Below, piece after piece: positions 51,593 through 61,027 of a stretch of 64,000 bases of DNA. Position 1 is the stretch's first letter. Every line of letters begins with the position of its first letter. The stretch is from NCBI GenBank assembly GCA_026396715.1, contig JAPLWH010000006.1, positions 42,850 to 106,849 on the forward strand, in the 5' to 3' direction. The position numbers and the translations under genes are program-made. This DNA comes from Candidatus Kaiserbacteria bacterium (GTDB lineage Bacteria; Patescibacteriota; Minisyncoccia; Phycocordibacterales; Phycocordibacteraceae). The notes beneath the pieces are model-generated. The model did not search any database. It saw only the letters and a list, made by a program, of their open reading frames with translations, and was not told where the DNA came from.

Positions 51593-52037
51593 GGATTGTA
51601 CCGCCGGCCGCAAGAATCGCGGCGCGCGCGACGCCGGAAAGCGTACAACCCTTCACAACAAGCGCTTTCGTTACGGCGCCGGCGCCCAAAATCTTTACGA
51701 CTGGAGCGCGGCCCTTTGCGCGGCGCACGAGATCGCGTGCAAGAAGCGATGCTGGAGACACCGTCTCCCCTGCCTTGTACACCGCCTCGATTGCAGAAAG
51801 ATTCACTGCGGAAACAGGGATGCGATTCGTGCGGACAGTGCGCGCGCGATTCTTACCGTGACCACGGAGTTTCGGCAACTTCTTGATGAGATCGCGAGAC
51901 TCTGGACGGATCTTGTGTCCGGCGCGGGCCGTCTGGCCCTTACCGCCACGACCGGAAGTCTTACCGCGCTTGCCACCGCGACCGACGGGCGGATTCTTCT
52001 TGTTCTTGGTGCGAGGAGAAAAGGTGTGAAGTTGCAT
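51585..52037 (-). CDS. rplO: 50S ribosomal protein L15
   Basis: GRGGKRGKTSGRGGKGQTARAG, VKILGAG. Confidence 0.95.
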   Translation of the reverse strand: MQLHTFSPRTKNKKNPPVGRGGKRGKTSGRGGKGQTARAGHKIRPESRDLIKKLPKLRGHGKNRARTVRTNRIPVSAVNLSAIEAVYKAGETVSPASLLARDLVRRAKGRAPVVKILGAGAVTKALVVKGCTLSGVARAAILAAGGTIHA

Positions 52038-52047
52038 ATATAAAAGA

Positions 52048-52683
52048 TTATGCGGTACGGCTTGTCGTGAGCGAAGTCGAACGAAGCTTCTTGAGCGCTG
52101 CGACCGTCGCACGAGCGATGGTGAGCTTGTTCTTGGAACGAGTGTGAATCTTCGTCACAACGTCCGTCACGCCGGCGAGGTCGAGCACGGTACGCACTGC
52201 CGAACCAGCAACGAGACCGCGACCCTTCGAAGGGATGATCTCGATCGTGGACGACGCGTACTTCGTCGAAACCTGGTGCGGGATCGAGCCGGAAGCCGTG
52301 CGCGGGACGATGAAGAGATGCTTCTTCGCATCGCGGGTCGCCTTGTCGATCGCGAGCGCCGTGTCGATACCCTTACCGAGACCGACGCCGACACGACCCT
52401 TGCGGTCGCCGATGACGATCACGAGACTGAAATTGAAACGACGTCCGCCGGCCATAACGCGGGCCACGCGACGCGCATCGATCGTAACCTGCTCGAACTC
52501 GCCGCGTTCGCGCGGTGGGCGGGCGCGACCACCAGCACGCGGAGCGCGTCCGCGCATTGGACCGCGACCGCCCGTACGCGGAGCAGCGATAACAGCCGCA
52601 GCTGCGACCGGAGCCGCCTCGACAACAACCGCCGGTGCGCCTTCAACTTCCTGTATGATCTCTGGTTCCATCGGAGTAGTCAT
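52048..52683 (-). CDS. rpsE: 30S ribosomal protein S5
   Basis: RVARVMAGGRRFNF, GD.KGRVG.G.GK. Confidence 0.96.
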   Translation of the reverse strand: MTTPMEPEIIQEVEGAPAVVVEAAPVAAAAVIAAPRTGGRGPMRGRAPRAGGRARPPRERGEFEQVTIDARRVARVMAGGRRFNFSLVIVIGDRKGRVGVGLGKGIDTALAIDKATRDAKKHLFIVPRTASGSIPHQVSTKYASSTIEIIPSKGRGLVAGSAVRTVLDLAGVTDVVTKIHTRSKNKLTIARATVAALKKLRSTSLTTSRTA

Positions 52684-52688
52684 GAGTA

Positions 52689-53039
52689 TTAAAATGCGAG
52701 GCCGCCGGCGCGCGCAGCATCGGCAAGCGTCTTTACCTGCCCGCCGTAACGATAGCCGCCGCGATCGAAGACGATCGTCGCGATGCCGGCTACTTTCGCC
52801 TTCTTTGCGATTGCTTCGCCGACCGATGCGGCCTGAATCGACTGGGAGCCCTTGAACTCGCGACCGTGGGATGCGGCAAGCGTCTTCCCTACCGTATCGT
52901 CGATGAGCTGTGCCGAGACAAATCGGTTGCTACGAAAAACTGCGAGGCGCGGACGCTCCGCCGTACCTTTGACCAGCGCGCGGATACGCGCGTGACGACG
53001 CTTACGGAGCTGACTATTTGTTGTAGGTGTTTGTTTCAT
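52689..53039 (-). CDS. rplR: 50S ribosomal protein L18
   Basis: RPRLAVFRSN, FDRGGY, AR.GGL.F. Confidence 0.96.
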   Translation of the reverse strand: MKQTPTTNSQLRKRRHARIRALVKGTAERPRLAVFRSNRFVSAQLIDDTVGKTLAASHGREFKGSQSIQAASVGEAIAKKAKVAGIATIVFDRGGYRYGGQVKTLADAARAGGLAF

Positions 53040-53059
53040 AAAATATATACAGCGCTGCG

Positions 53060-53593
53060 TTAGACAGCCTTCTTGCCCTGCTTACGACGGATGACTTCGT
53101 CGTCATACCGGATACCCTTTCCGAGATACGGCTCCGGCGGCTTCACGCGGCGAACGTTCGCGGCGAACTGTCCGACCGACTCCTTGTTCGAGCTCTCGAG
53201 CTTGATGGTATTCTTTTCTACCGTCGCAGTCACCTCTTCAGGAACCTTAAGTGTGACCGTGTGTGAGAAACCGACCGTAAGGACGAGATCGCTTCCTTTG
53301 AGCTCGACGCGGTACCCGACACCTTCGAGGATGAGCTTCTTCATGAAGCGAGTCTCGACGCCAGCAACCATATTTTTCACGTGTGATGCAAACGTTCCGA
53401 CAAGCACCCGACCGAGGCGAGAACGATCCTTCGAGGTGACGAGAACGCCGCCCGTAGCGTCGACCGCAATATCGATTGAAGGGTGCACGCGCTTGGTCAG
53501 CGTACCTTTCGTACCCTTAACCGTCAGCGTACCTCCCGCTACCGAGACGTCGGACTTTCCTATCGCTATTGATTTTTTTGCAAGTCGGCTCAT
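53060..53593 (-). CDS. rplF: 50S ribosomal protein L6
   Basis: GVGYR, PEPYLGKGIRY. Confidence 0.97.
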   Translation of the reverse strand: MSRLAKKSIAIGKSDVSVAGGTLTVKGTKGTLTKRVHPSIDIAVDATGGVLVTSKDRSRLGRVLVGTFASHVKNMVAGVETRFMKKLILEGVGYRVELKGSDLVLTVGFSHTVTLKVPEEVTATVEKNTIKLESSNKESVGQFAANVRRVKPPEPYLGKGIRYDDEVIRRKQGKKAV

Positions 53594-53598
53594 ATAAA

Positions 53599-54003
53599 TT
53601 ACCAGATTTCGAAAAGCTCTTCGCCGCCGAAACGATTCTTGCGCGCCTCGGCATCAGAAATGATACCAACCGACGAAGAGATGATGCGTGCGCCCGTACC
53701 GCCCTTTACCCGGTGTGCGGCAGTAAAGGGAGCGTAGAGACGACGACCCGGCTTTGAGATGCGCTTCACGCCGCGCAAACGAGCGTGACCGTGTTCATCG
53801 AGCGCGAGTGTCGCCGTAAAACTACGCTTCACTTCCTCCCCTTCCTTTATCTTTGTCTCGACGTGGGCGAGGAAACCGAGCTCGCGGAGCTTCTTCGCAA
53901 TAGCGACGAGGTGCGACGAGTACGGTACGACAACCTCACTCTTGCCGACGAGTGCGGCATTCTGGAGACGGATTATGAAATCGCCGACGCGGTCAGTTAC
54001 CAT
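53599..54003 (-). CDS. rpsH: 30S ribosomal protein S8
   Basis: D...D...[16 protein letters not shown]. Confidence 0.95.
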   Translation of the reverse strand: MVTDRVGDFIIRLQNAALVGKSEVVVPYSSHLVAIAKKLRELGFLAHVETKIKEGEEVKRSFTATLALDEHGHARLRGVKRISKPGRRLYAPFTAAHRVKGGTGARIISSSVGIISDAEARKNRFGGEELFEIW

Positions 54004-54266
54004 GATGCTTTCTTTACGCCCGGAATCTTGCCTTCGCGAGCAAGCTCGCGGAACTGGATGCGGGAGAGGCCGAAGACCTGCATGTAGCCGCGGGAACGAC
54101 CAGTGATCGCACAGCGGCTCTTCAGCCGTACTGGCGAGGAGTTTCTTGGGAGCTTCTGAAGGCCTTCGGAATCGCCAGCCAACTTCAAAGCAGCACGCTG
54201 TATTGCGTACTTCTTTACGAGTTTCGCCTTTTTGGCGTATCGCGCAAGCTGGGATTTCTTTGCCAT
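53997..54266 (-). CDS. rpsN: 30S ribosomal protein S14 (89 aa, zinc-independent form)
   Basis: [27 protein letters not shown]. Confidence 0.95.
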   Translation of the reverse strand: MAKKSQLARYAKKAKLVKKYAIQRAALKLAGDSEGLQKLPRNSSPVRLKSRCAITGRSRGYMQVFGLSRIQFRELAREGKIPGVKKASW

Positions 54267-54285
54267 AAGTTTTTAAGTAATCTTG

Positions 54286-54346
54286 CTTCCTGCGCTCGCT
54301 CGGGGAAGAGAAGTAGAACCTTCTCTTCCCCTCGCTCGCTGGGAAG
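54286..54346. repeat. CGCTCGCT hairpin element
   Basis: CTTCCTGCGCTCGCTC-GGGGAAGAGAAG-loop-CTTCTCTTCCCC-TCGCTCGCTGGGAAG. Confidence 0.65.
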
Positions 54347-54383
54347 TAAAAAATAAAGCTCCGAAGAGCGTGCTGTTAAGATA

Positions 54384-54938
54384 TCAGCGTTTTACGCCTG
54401 AGTCAACGATAAGCGGCATGCCGAGGTGACGGAAGAACGCTTCTGCCTCTTCCGGCGACTTGGCCGTGGTAACGATCGTGATAGCAAATCCGAAGACATC
54501 CTTGAGATCCTCATCGCTCGTCTCTGGGAATATCGTGTTTTCCTTGATACCGATGGTGAAATTGCCCATATCGTCGATTGCCGACGCTTTGAGGCCGCGG
54601 AAGTCGCGGGTGCGAGGAAGTGCGATGTGGATGAGCTTATCGAGGAAGTCGTACATGCGTGCACCGCGGAGCGTTACTTGGAGACCGACCGTATCGCCTT
54701 CGCGCACCTTGAACGATGCAATCGAAAGACGAGCGGCGCGCGGCGCTGCCTTCTGTCCGGTGATCTTCGCGAGACGATCCTGGATGATCTCGAGCTGCTT
54801 CTTGTCGCGCTTCTTGCCGACGCCCGAGGAGACGACGATCTTCTGTATGCGCGGACCCTGCATCGTGCTTGTGTAGCCGAACGTCTCCGCAAGAGCGAGG
54901 TAGGAAGTCTGTTGGCGCTGTTTGGTAATGGAAGACAT
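54384..54938 (-). CDS. rplE: 50S ribosomal protein L5
   Basis: ITGQK, FKVREG, VTLRG, LPRTRDFRG. Confidence 0.97.
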   Translation of the reverse strand: MSSITKQRQQTSYLALAETFGYTSTMQGPRIQKIVVSSGVGKKRDKKQLEIIQDRLAKITGQKAAPRAARLSIASFKVREGDTVGLQVTLRGARMYDFLDKLIHIALPRTRDFRGLKASAIDDMGNFTIGIKENTIFPETSDEDLKDVFGFAITIVTTAKSPEEAEAFFRHLGMPLIVDSGVKR

Positions 54939-54944
54939 ATGCAA

Positions 54945-55181
54945 TTATTTCTTTACGCCTTTGGCTGATTCGACACGCATAACGTTTGAGGCATTGATCG
55001 GGCGCGGGCGCTCGACGATGCGACCGATCTCTCCTGCCCGACCCTTCTGGTGGCGCTTGAAGAGCGCAACCCCTTCGACAACGACCTTGTTCTCTTTCGG
55101 CAATGCGCGAGCAATGACGCCGGACTTACCCTTGTCCTTGCCTGCGATTACTTTTACCTTATCTCCTTTTTTTACATGCAT
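54945..55181 (-). CDS. rplX: 50S ribosomal protein L24
   Basis: KOW motif [22 protein letters not shown]. Confidence 0.95.
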   Translation of the reverse strand: MHVKKGDKVKVIAGKDKGKSGVIARALPKENKVVVEGVALFKRHQKGRAGEIGRIVERPRPINASNVMRVESAKGVKK

Positions 55182-55191
55182 ACCAGAAAAA

Positions 55192-55569
55192 TTAAACGAC
55201 TTCAGGTGCGAGCGACACGATAGAGTGCCAGCCGAGCTCGGAAAGCTCGCGTGGTACTGGACCGAAGATTCGGTTCCCTTTTGGACCCATCTCCTTACCC
55301 TGCTTCTCGATGAGCACGACCGCATTCTCATCGAAGCGGATGTACGAGCCGTCCTTGCGACCAAAGGGCTTTACCTGGCGTACGACGACCGCACGGAAGA
55401 TATCCTTCTTCTTGACCGCCTTGCGCGGCTCAGCCGTCTGTATCGAGACAACGACGACGTCGCCGATCTCCGCGTAACGGCGCTTGGATCCGCCGAGCAC
55501 TTTGAAAACGCGGGCGATCTTTCCGCCTGAATTGTCTGCGACCATGACGATGGATTGAGGCTGCAACAT
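55192..55569 (-). CDS. rplN: 50S ribosomal protein L14
   Basis: [28 protein letters not shown]. Confidence 0.97.
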   Translation of the reverse strand: MLQPQSIVMVADNSGGKIARVFKVLGGSKRRYAEIGDVVVVSIQTAEPRKAVKKKDIFRAVVVRQVKPFGRKDGSYIRFDENAVVLIEKQGKEMGPKGNRIFGPVPRELSELGWHSIVSLAPEVV

Positions 55570-55570
55570 A

Positions 55571-55846
55571 TTAGTTGGTGTCGTTCTCTACGGAGATCGT
55601 CTTCGTAGGATCGATAGCGAAATGCTTCAGTTTCGAGATCGGGCGCGTCGCCACGATAGTGACCGTATCCCCCACCTTGACCGTATTGCCTGGGTCGTGC
55701 GCGAGGAACTTCTTCGAGCGAACGAAGTATTTCTTGTACTTCGCATTCTTCACGTAGCGGTCGACCTTGACCGTAGCCGTGTCTTTCATGGCCGTCTTTA
55801 CGACGACACCGACGAATGCTTGAGGGCGGATGATTTTTTGTTCCAT
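55571..55846 (-). CDS. rpsQ: 30S ribosomal protein S17
   Basis: GVVV...KDT, AHD, GDTV...TRPISK. Confidence 0.95.
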   Translation of the reverse strand: MEQKIIRPQAFVGVVVKTAMKDTATVKVDRYVKNAKYKKYFVRSKKFLAHDPGNTVKVGDTVTIVATRPISKLKHFAIDPTKTISVENDTN

Positions 55847-55850
55847 AAAA

Positions 55851-56051
55851 TTATGCAGTCGTGAGGACACGAGCGTGCTGCTCGGTAAGCGCGCGGGCAA
55901 TCTTCGCACGGAGCTTCTTCGGAGCGTTCGAATCCTTGGCGCGGGCGCCGGCAGCAGAAAAGCGAACCGTGCGGAGTTCGGCGCGCGTATCGGCGAGGAG
56001 CTTCAAAAGCTCCTGGTCAGTCTTGGTCTTCATAGTATCTTTTTTTGTCAT
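55851..56051 (-). CDS. rpmC: 50S ribosomal protein L29
   Basis: ELRTVRF...RAKIARALT; canonical position. Confidence 0.92.
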   Translation of the reverse strand: MTKKDTMKTKTDQELLKLLADTRAELRTVRFSAAGARAKDSNAPKKLRAKIARALTEQHARVLTTA

Positions 56052-56072
56052 AGAAATAGGAAAAAAGCAATA

Positions 56073-56495
56073 TTAGCGGCGCGCGATGATAGACGTCGTG
56101 ACTGGAAGCTTCATGCCCGCCTGACGCAAATGCGCGCGCGCAATGTCCTCAGGAACGCCATCGAGCTCGAAAAGAACGCGACCTGGACGCACTTCAAAGA
56201 CGTAGTGTTTCGGATCGCCCTTACCGCTACCCATGCCCACTTCTGCCGGCTTGGCGGTCACCGGACGGTCCGGGAAAATACGAATCCACATCTTGCCAGT
56301 CTTCGAAATCGCGCGGGCGAGCACTTTGCGCGCCGACTCGATCTGATTGCTCGTGACACGCGCATTCGAGAGCGCCTTGAGCGCAAACGAACCGAACGCG
56401 ATAGTCGTACCGCGCGTCTCCGGGCGCGACAAGCGCTTCTCGCTCTTGCGCTGCGTCTGCCACTTGCGATGTTTTACTTTTTTAGGAAACAACAT
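56073..56495 (-). CDS. rplP: 50S ribosomal protein L16
   Basis: MLFPKKVKHRK, WIRIFPD, MGSGKG. Confidence 0.97.
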   Translation of the reverse strand: MLFPKKVKHRKWQTQRKSEKRLSRPETRGTTIAFGSFALKALSNARVTSNQIESARKVLARAISKTGKMWIRIFPDRPVTAKPAEVGMGSGKGDPKHYVFEVRPGRVLFELDGVPEDIARAHLRQAGMKLPVTTSIIARR

Positions 56496-56505
56496 AGCAA
56501 AATGA

Positions 56506-57222
56506 TTATGCAGCGTGTGCTGGCACCGTATCCGGCATACGTACCGGCGCCTTCTTGTCCTGGTACACATTGCCACGGTAGATCCACACCTTGATGCCGA
56601 TGACGCCGTACGGCAGGTACGCCTGCTCGTGCGCGAAATCGATATCAGCACGGAAAGTCTGAAGCGGGATGCGTCCCTTCTTCAACTCCTCCTTGCGACT
56701 CATTTCGGCGCCGCCGAGGCGGCCCGAGATCGCGATGCGTACGCCTTCGACCTCGCGTACCGCAATGACCTTCTCGACTGTCTGCTTGAGCACGCGACGG
56801 AACGGCATGCGCTTCTCGAGCCCTTCCGCAATCATGTAGGCGACGACGGCAGCATCCGTCTCCGGCTGGCGCACTTCGTTTATGTCGAACTTGACCTGCT
56901 TGCCAGCAGCGAGTGCGTGTCCGGAAGTCTTCCGAACGAGGTCAGTAAGTTCCTTGCGCAGCTTGACTGCGTTCTCGCCGGAGCGGCCGATTACGAGACC
57001 TGGGCGCGCCGTCGAGAGGATGATGCGCAGCTCGTTCGCTGAACGTTCAATCTCGATACCGCTCGTATAGGTTCCGCGCAGCTTTTTCGTAAGGAAACGG
57101 CGGATCGTCTCGTCTACCTTGATGTTCTCGCGGTAGGTCTTCTTGTCGGCGGCGAACCAACGACTCTTCCAGTCCCGGATGATGCCGAGACGATGTGCGA
57201 AAGGATGTACGATGTGTGTCAT
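56506..57222 (-). CDS. rpsC: 30S ribosomal protein S3
   Basis: RPGLVIGRSG, SGRLGGAEM, PLQTFRADID. Confidence 0.97.
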   Translation of the reverse strand: MTHIVHPFAHRLGIIRDWKSRWFAADKKTYRENIKVDETIRRFLTKKLRGTYTSGIEIERSANELRIILSTARPGLVIGRSGENAVKLRKELTDLVRKTSGHALAAGKQVKFDINEVRQPETDAAVVAYMIAEGLEKRMPFRRVLKQTVEKVIAVREVEGVRIAISGRLGGAEMSRKEELKKGRIPLQTFRADIDFAHEQAYLPYGVIGIKVWIYRGNVYQDKKAPVRMPDTVPAHAA

Positions 57223-57227
57223 AGCAT

Positions 57228-57647
57228 TTATTTCGAAGCTGGTGCTGCCCCAAGAGTCAGCTTAACCGCGCTCTTTCTGCGGCGAATAAGCGACGCGCGT
57301 CCGAAGGCGCGCGGCATGTACTTCTTCAAGATGCCGGCGCTCTCAACGATGATCGACTGCACGCGGAGCGTGTCGACATCTTCGCCTGATACCTTCGCAT
57401 TCGCGATGGCGCTCTGGAGGAGCTTCATGATTGGTTCCGCAGCGCGCTTCGGGAGGAACTCGAGTGCGACGAGCGCGTCCTGTACCTTCTTGCCTTTTAT
57501 GAGCTCAGTCACGAGACGGACCTTGCGCGGCGTCTGATTATGACTCTTGAGGGTTGCGTAGGCCACCCCATTAGATATGGCAACGGCACTTGCCTTGCTC
57601 ATGCGGGAGTCCGCTGCTTTCTTTGTTGTAAGTTTGGTTGTGGACAT
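57228..57647 (-). CDS. rplV: 50S ribosomal protein L22 with element-derived N-terminus
   Basis: PRKVRLV..LIKGK, SAIANA, PRAFGRA. Confidence 0.95.
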   Translation of the reverse strand: MSTTKLTTKKAADSRMSKASAVAISNGVAYATLKSHNQTPRKVRLVTELIKGKKVQDALVALEFLPKRAAEPIMKLLQSAIANAKVSGEDVDTLRVQSIIVESAGILKKYMPRAFGRASLIRRRKSAVKLTLGAAPASK

Positions 57648-57662
57648 AAAAATCTAACGGGG
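57566..57662. repeat. TTAGA/TCTAAC inverted-end element, 97 bp
   Basis: CCCCATTAGAT...ATCTAACGGGG; encloses the rplV start codon(s). Confidence 0.8.
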
Positions 57663-57670
57663 CGCGTATC

Positions 57671-58024
57671 TTATTTCTTTGCAGAAGGAGCTGCGGCAGC
57701 GGGAGCCTTCGCGGCCTTAGCGGAAGCAATCTCAGCCTCCTGCTTCTTGGTCTCCATCTCCTTCTGCATCTTGCCTCCGTGACGGAGGAACTTCTTGGTC
57801 GGCGAGAATTCACCGAGGCGATGCCCTACCATATCCTCAGAGACGAGGACCGGGAGGTGCTGCTTGCCATTGTGAACACCCAAGGTAAAACCAATCATTT
57901 CGGGGCTAATCTGGCTGCGGCGCGCCCACGTGTTTATCACTCCGGAGGTAGCCGGTTTTGCATTCATGACCTTCTTCAGGAGTTTGATGTCCACGAAGGG
58001 TCCTTTTTTGAGTGAGCGTGCCAT
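57671..58024 (-). CDS. rpsS: 30S ribosomal protein S19
   Basis: [25 protein letters not shown]. Confidence 0.97.
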   Translation of the reverse strand: MARSLKKGPFVDIKLLKKVMNAKPATSGVINTWARRSQISPEMIGFTLGVHNGKQHLPVLVSEDMVGHRLGEFSPTKKFLRHGGKMQKEMETKKQEAEIASAKAAKAPAAAAPSAKK

Positions 58025-58058
58025 AAGCAATGAAAAGCCCGCTATGCGGGATAGCTGA

Positions 58059-58087
58059 AAGATACAGGAAGCAGTCTGCAGAGTCAA
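58059..58087 (-). promoter_or_regulatory. Internal promoter upstream of rpsS
   Basis: TTGACT-17 bp-TATCTT. Confidence 0.6.
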
Positions 58088-58226
58088 CAGTACCGCTCCA
58101 AATGACCCTCATAAATACTAGTCCGTTTCAGAACGTTGACATATCGTGTATGCATAGTATAGAAATTACACGGCCATTTACCGCACCATTCACGCCGTTT
58201 CATGACTTCTCCATACTCCACAAGAC

Positions 58227-58264
58227 AAAGAAAAACCCCGCACTTTCGTGCGGGGTTTTTCTTT
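58227..58264. terminator. Terminator after rplB
   Basis: AAAGAAAAACCCCGCAC/GTGCGGGGTTTTTCTTT. Confidence 0.8.
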
Positions 58265-58272
58265 ATATTCGC

Positions 58273-59121
58273 TTAGCCCTTTCTCTTCTTCCCTACCTTT
58301 CTGCGCGTCACGATAAACATGTTTGAGTATTTCTTCGGCGTGCGAGTCTTCTGACCCTTACCAGTAGGCTTGCCCCACTTACTCTTTGCGCGGCGCAAAC
58401 CGCGACCCTGCTTGCCTTCGCCACCTCCGTGCGGATGGTCAACCGGGTTCATCGCCGTACCACGAACGGTCGGACGGATACCCATCCAGCGACTGCGACC
58501 TGCCTTACCGATAACGACAAGATTGGACTCCTCGTTACCAACCATACCGATGGAAGCCCACGCAAGGTCGGACACTTTGCGGATTTCGGTCGACGGAAGC
58601 TTTACCTGCGCATAGCCTGCATCGTGCGCAACGACTTCAGCGAAGTTACCTGCGGAGCGGACGAGGACAGCGCCAGCGCCTGGGGAGAGCTCGATATTGT
58701 ACACAAAAGTACCGACTGGAATCGCGCCGAGAGGAAGGCGGTTAGCTGGCGTCAGCGGCGCATTCTCGGCGACGATGAACGAATCGCCGACGTTCACACC
58801 CTTCGGCAAGATGACGTAGCGGCGCTCGCCGTCGCGATAGAGCGCGAGCCCGATAAATGCGGTGCGGAACGGATCGTATTCGACAGTCTCGATCTTCGCT
58901 GGGATGTTCTTCTTATCGTACTTGAAATCCACCGCGCGGAGACGGCGCTTGTGGCCGCCGCCCTGGTGACGCGTCGTGATGCGACCGAACGCATTGCGTC
59001 CGCCCTGGCTCGACTTCTTCTTCAAGAGCGGCTTGTGCGGCGCGTGACCCGACAACAGCTCCTTGTACGGAAGCGTGGTCATGAAACGACGACTCTTGGA
59101 TGTAGGCTTGTACGTTTTCAT
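58273..59121 (-). CDS. rplB: 50S ribosomal protein L2
   Basis: GGGHKR, EYDP.R, RGTAMNPVDHPHGGGEG. Confidence 0.98.
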   Translation of the reverse strand: MKTYKPTSKSRRFMTTLPYKELLSGHAPHKPLLKKKSSQGGRNAFGRITTRHQGGGHKRRLRAVDFKYDKKNIPAKIETVEYDPFRTAFIGLALYRDGERRYVILPKGVNVGDSFIVAENAPLTPANRLPLGAIPVGTFVYNIELSPGAGAVLVRSAGNFAEVVAHDAGYAQVKLPSTEIRKVSDLAWASIGMVGNEESNLVVIGKAGRSRWMGIRPTVRGTAMNPVDHPHGGGEGKQGRGLRRAKSKWGKPTGKGQKTRTPKKYSNMFIVTRRKVGKKRKG

Positions 59122-59130
59122 ACGGAATAA

Positions 59131-59496
59131 TTAAGCAAATTGCATGGTATCGCCGGCGTTGAGATACACGTAGGCCTTGCGACGATCCGAGCGCATGCCC
59201 ATGCCGCGCTTCGTACGCATCGTCTTCGGCTTTCCCTGCAGATTCAGGGTACGGATCTTCCTTGGTGCTACGTTGTAGATCTCTTTGATCGCGCTCGCAA
59301 TCTCGGCCTTCGTCGCGCGCAACGCTACATCAAAGACGTACACGCTCTTCTCGGTCCCGACGAGCGCCTTCTCAGAGAACCACGGCGCGCGAATGATATC
59401 GTGCGCGGCGCCATGTGCCGTCGCCGTCGTGCGGGCGCGACGGACCTGAGAGACTTTCTCCTTCTTTTCTTTCTTTTTGTTGCCGAAAATAGCCAT
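59131..59496 (-). CDS. rplW: 50S ribosomal protein L23
   Basis: P..SEK, YVF.V...ATK.EI, KKAY-like motif. Confidence 0.93.
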   Translation of the reverse strand: MAIFGNKKKEKKEKVSQVRRARTTATAHGAAHDIIRAPWFSEKALVGTEKSVYVFDVALRATKAEIASAIKEIYNVAPRKIRTLNLQGKPKTMRTKRGMGMRSDRRKAYVYLNAGDTMQFA

Positions 59497-59501
59497 AGTA
59501 T

Positions 59502-60263
59502 TTATTTAGATTTCGCCTGCCCTGAGCCTGCTCGCGGTGAGCTTGTCGAACCCGTCGAACGGACGCGGGCACTGAGCGCCTTGAACGCCGCCTCCGGCTT
59601 CTCAATGATGAGATACTTGTGCGCGAGTACGTCGACCGGATTAATGTTGCGCAGCTCTTCCGTCATGATATTCCCGAAATTCTTGAAGCTCTTAATCGCC
59701 GCCGCGTCGTAGGCGGAAAGTGCGACGAGCGCGGCATTCTTCTTCTTTGCGACGAGCTTCTCGGCCTTTGCCCCCTTTGCGAGCGCGATGATAGATGCTT
59801 TTGCGAGCGACGTCTTCGGCGCTGCGAAAGAGAAGGTGTCAACCAAGATGATCTCGCCGTCCTTTGCCTTCTTCGAGAGGACCGAGAGGAGAGCACCGAT
59901 GCGCATCTTGCGGTTGATCTTCTCACTGTAGTCGCGCTCGGAGCGCGGACCGAAGGTCACGCCGCCGTGGCGCCAGATCGGAGAACGGTTGGAGCTGTGA
60001 CGCGCCTGGCCAGTACCCTTCTGCTTCCATGGCTTCTTGCCGCCGCCCGACACTTCGGCACGGTCTTTCGTATTGGCGCGGTTCTGACGTGCATTTGCTT
60101 GCATCGCGGTCGTAACCTGGTGCACAAGGTCACTCCTCCATGGTGCGCCGAAGATATCTTCGGGAAGCGTCATCATCGAAACCTCTTTTCCTTCCATAGA
60201 GAAGACTGGCACCTCGATTGGTACGTAAGCAACTTTCTTTTTCATGATCTTTGCAGTAGTCAT
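59502..60263 (-). CDS. rplD: 50S ribosomal protein L4
   Basis: TKDRAEVSGGGKKPWKQKGTGQAR, GGVTFGP. Confidence 0.97.
   Translation of the reverse strand: MTTAKIMKKKVAYVPIEVPVFSMEGKEVSMMTLPEDIFGAPWRSDLVHQVTTAMQANARQNRANTKDRAEVSGGGKKPWKQKGTGQARHSSNRSPIWRHGGVTFGPRSERDYSEKINRKMRIGALLSVLSKKAKDGEIILVDTFSFAAPKTSLAKASIIALAKGAKAEKLVAKKKNAALVALSAYDAAAIKSFKNFGNIMTEELRNINPVDVLAHKYLIIEKPEAAFKALSARVRSTGSTSSPRAGSGQAKSK
59515..59562. repeat. Nested TTCGAC...CTCA palindromic repeat translated in the rplD tail
   Basis: - strand GTTCGAC[GGGTTCGACAAGCTCACCGCGAGC]AGGCTCAGGGCAGGC. Confidence 0.65.
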
Positions 60264-60273
60264 AGTATTCAAA

Positions 60274-60888
60274 TTATGCGGAGACTACTTCAAGAAGCGT
60301 ACCGCGGCGACCAGGCACCGCACCACTGACGATGATCCTCCCTGCGGCAACATCGACCACGAGTACCTTGAGGTTCGTGACGGTTATGCGATCCGTACCC
60401 ATACGGCCGGCCATGCGCATACCTTTTGCGACGCGACCGCCCGCGCGACCGCCGCCGCCGCCAATCGATCCCGGAGAGCGCTCCGTGTGCTTCTGACCGT
60501 GCGTGCGCGGGCCGCCATGGAAGCCATGGCGCTTCACCACACCAGCGAAGCCCTTACCTTTCGAGAGGCCCGAAACCTGCACCGTGTCGCCAACCGAGAA
60601 GACCGACGCGTCAATCGTTGCACCGACCTCGGCAGCAGTATCGGTGCGGAACTCGCGGATAGCCTTGTAACCCTTACCTTTCGTGTGTCCGAGTACCGGC
60701 TTGCTGATGTTCTTCGTCCTGCGTACGCCCTGTCCGACCTGCACCGCCGCATAGCCGTCCTTGCCCGCAGCCGTCTTTATCTGAGTGACGGTAACCGGGT
60801 CAGCCACGAGGATAGTTCCCGCGCGCGCAACGCCGTCTTCCCCGAAGATACGGGTCATACCTTCTTTTGTAGCGAGGATGAATTTCAT
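60274..60888 (-). CDS. rplC: 50S ribosomal protein L3
   Basis: K.GMT, DGY.AVQ, SKGKGFAG, MAGRMG, GAVPG. Confidence 0.97.
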   Translation of the reverse strand: MKFILATKEGMTRIFGEDGVARAGTILVADPVTVTQIKTAAGKDGYAAVQVGQGVRRTKNISKPVLGHTKGKGYKAIREFRTDTAAEVGATIDASVFSVGDTVQVSGLSKGKGFAGVVKRHGFHGGPRTHGQKHTERSPGSIGGGGGRAGGRVAKGMRMAGRMGTDRITVTNLKVLVVDVAAGRIIVSGAVPGRRGTLLEVVSA

Positions 60889-60998
60889 TTTTTTAAAAGC
60901 AAATCGCGCAACAGCAAATCGCGTTGCGCGAGATGCCATAGGTCCTCCGTGAGATGCCGCGAAGTGGCTATCTCTCTAGGGTACGTAGCTTTAAGGGC

Positions 60999-61027
60999 AC
61001 TCTACACGAGCCGTCCAAAAGATGCAA
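60999..61027 (-). promoter_or_regulatory. Promoter upstream of rplC
   Basis: TTGCAT-17 bp-TAGAGT. Confidence 0.6.

Noticed and set aside
52037-52048. Absence of rpmD (L30)
   Set aside because: This is a known general feature of CPR bacteria, not novel.
58084-58203. 39-aa - strand ORF (MKRREWCGK...) with a GGAG upstream
   Set aside because: It lies downstream of a terminator, has no recognisable features and is probably chance.
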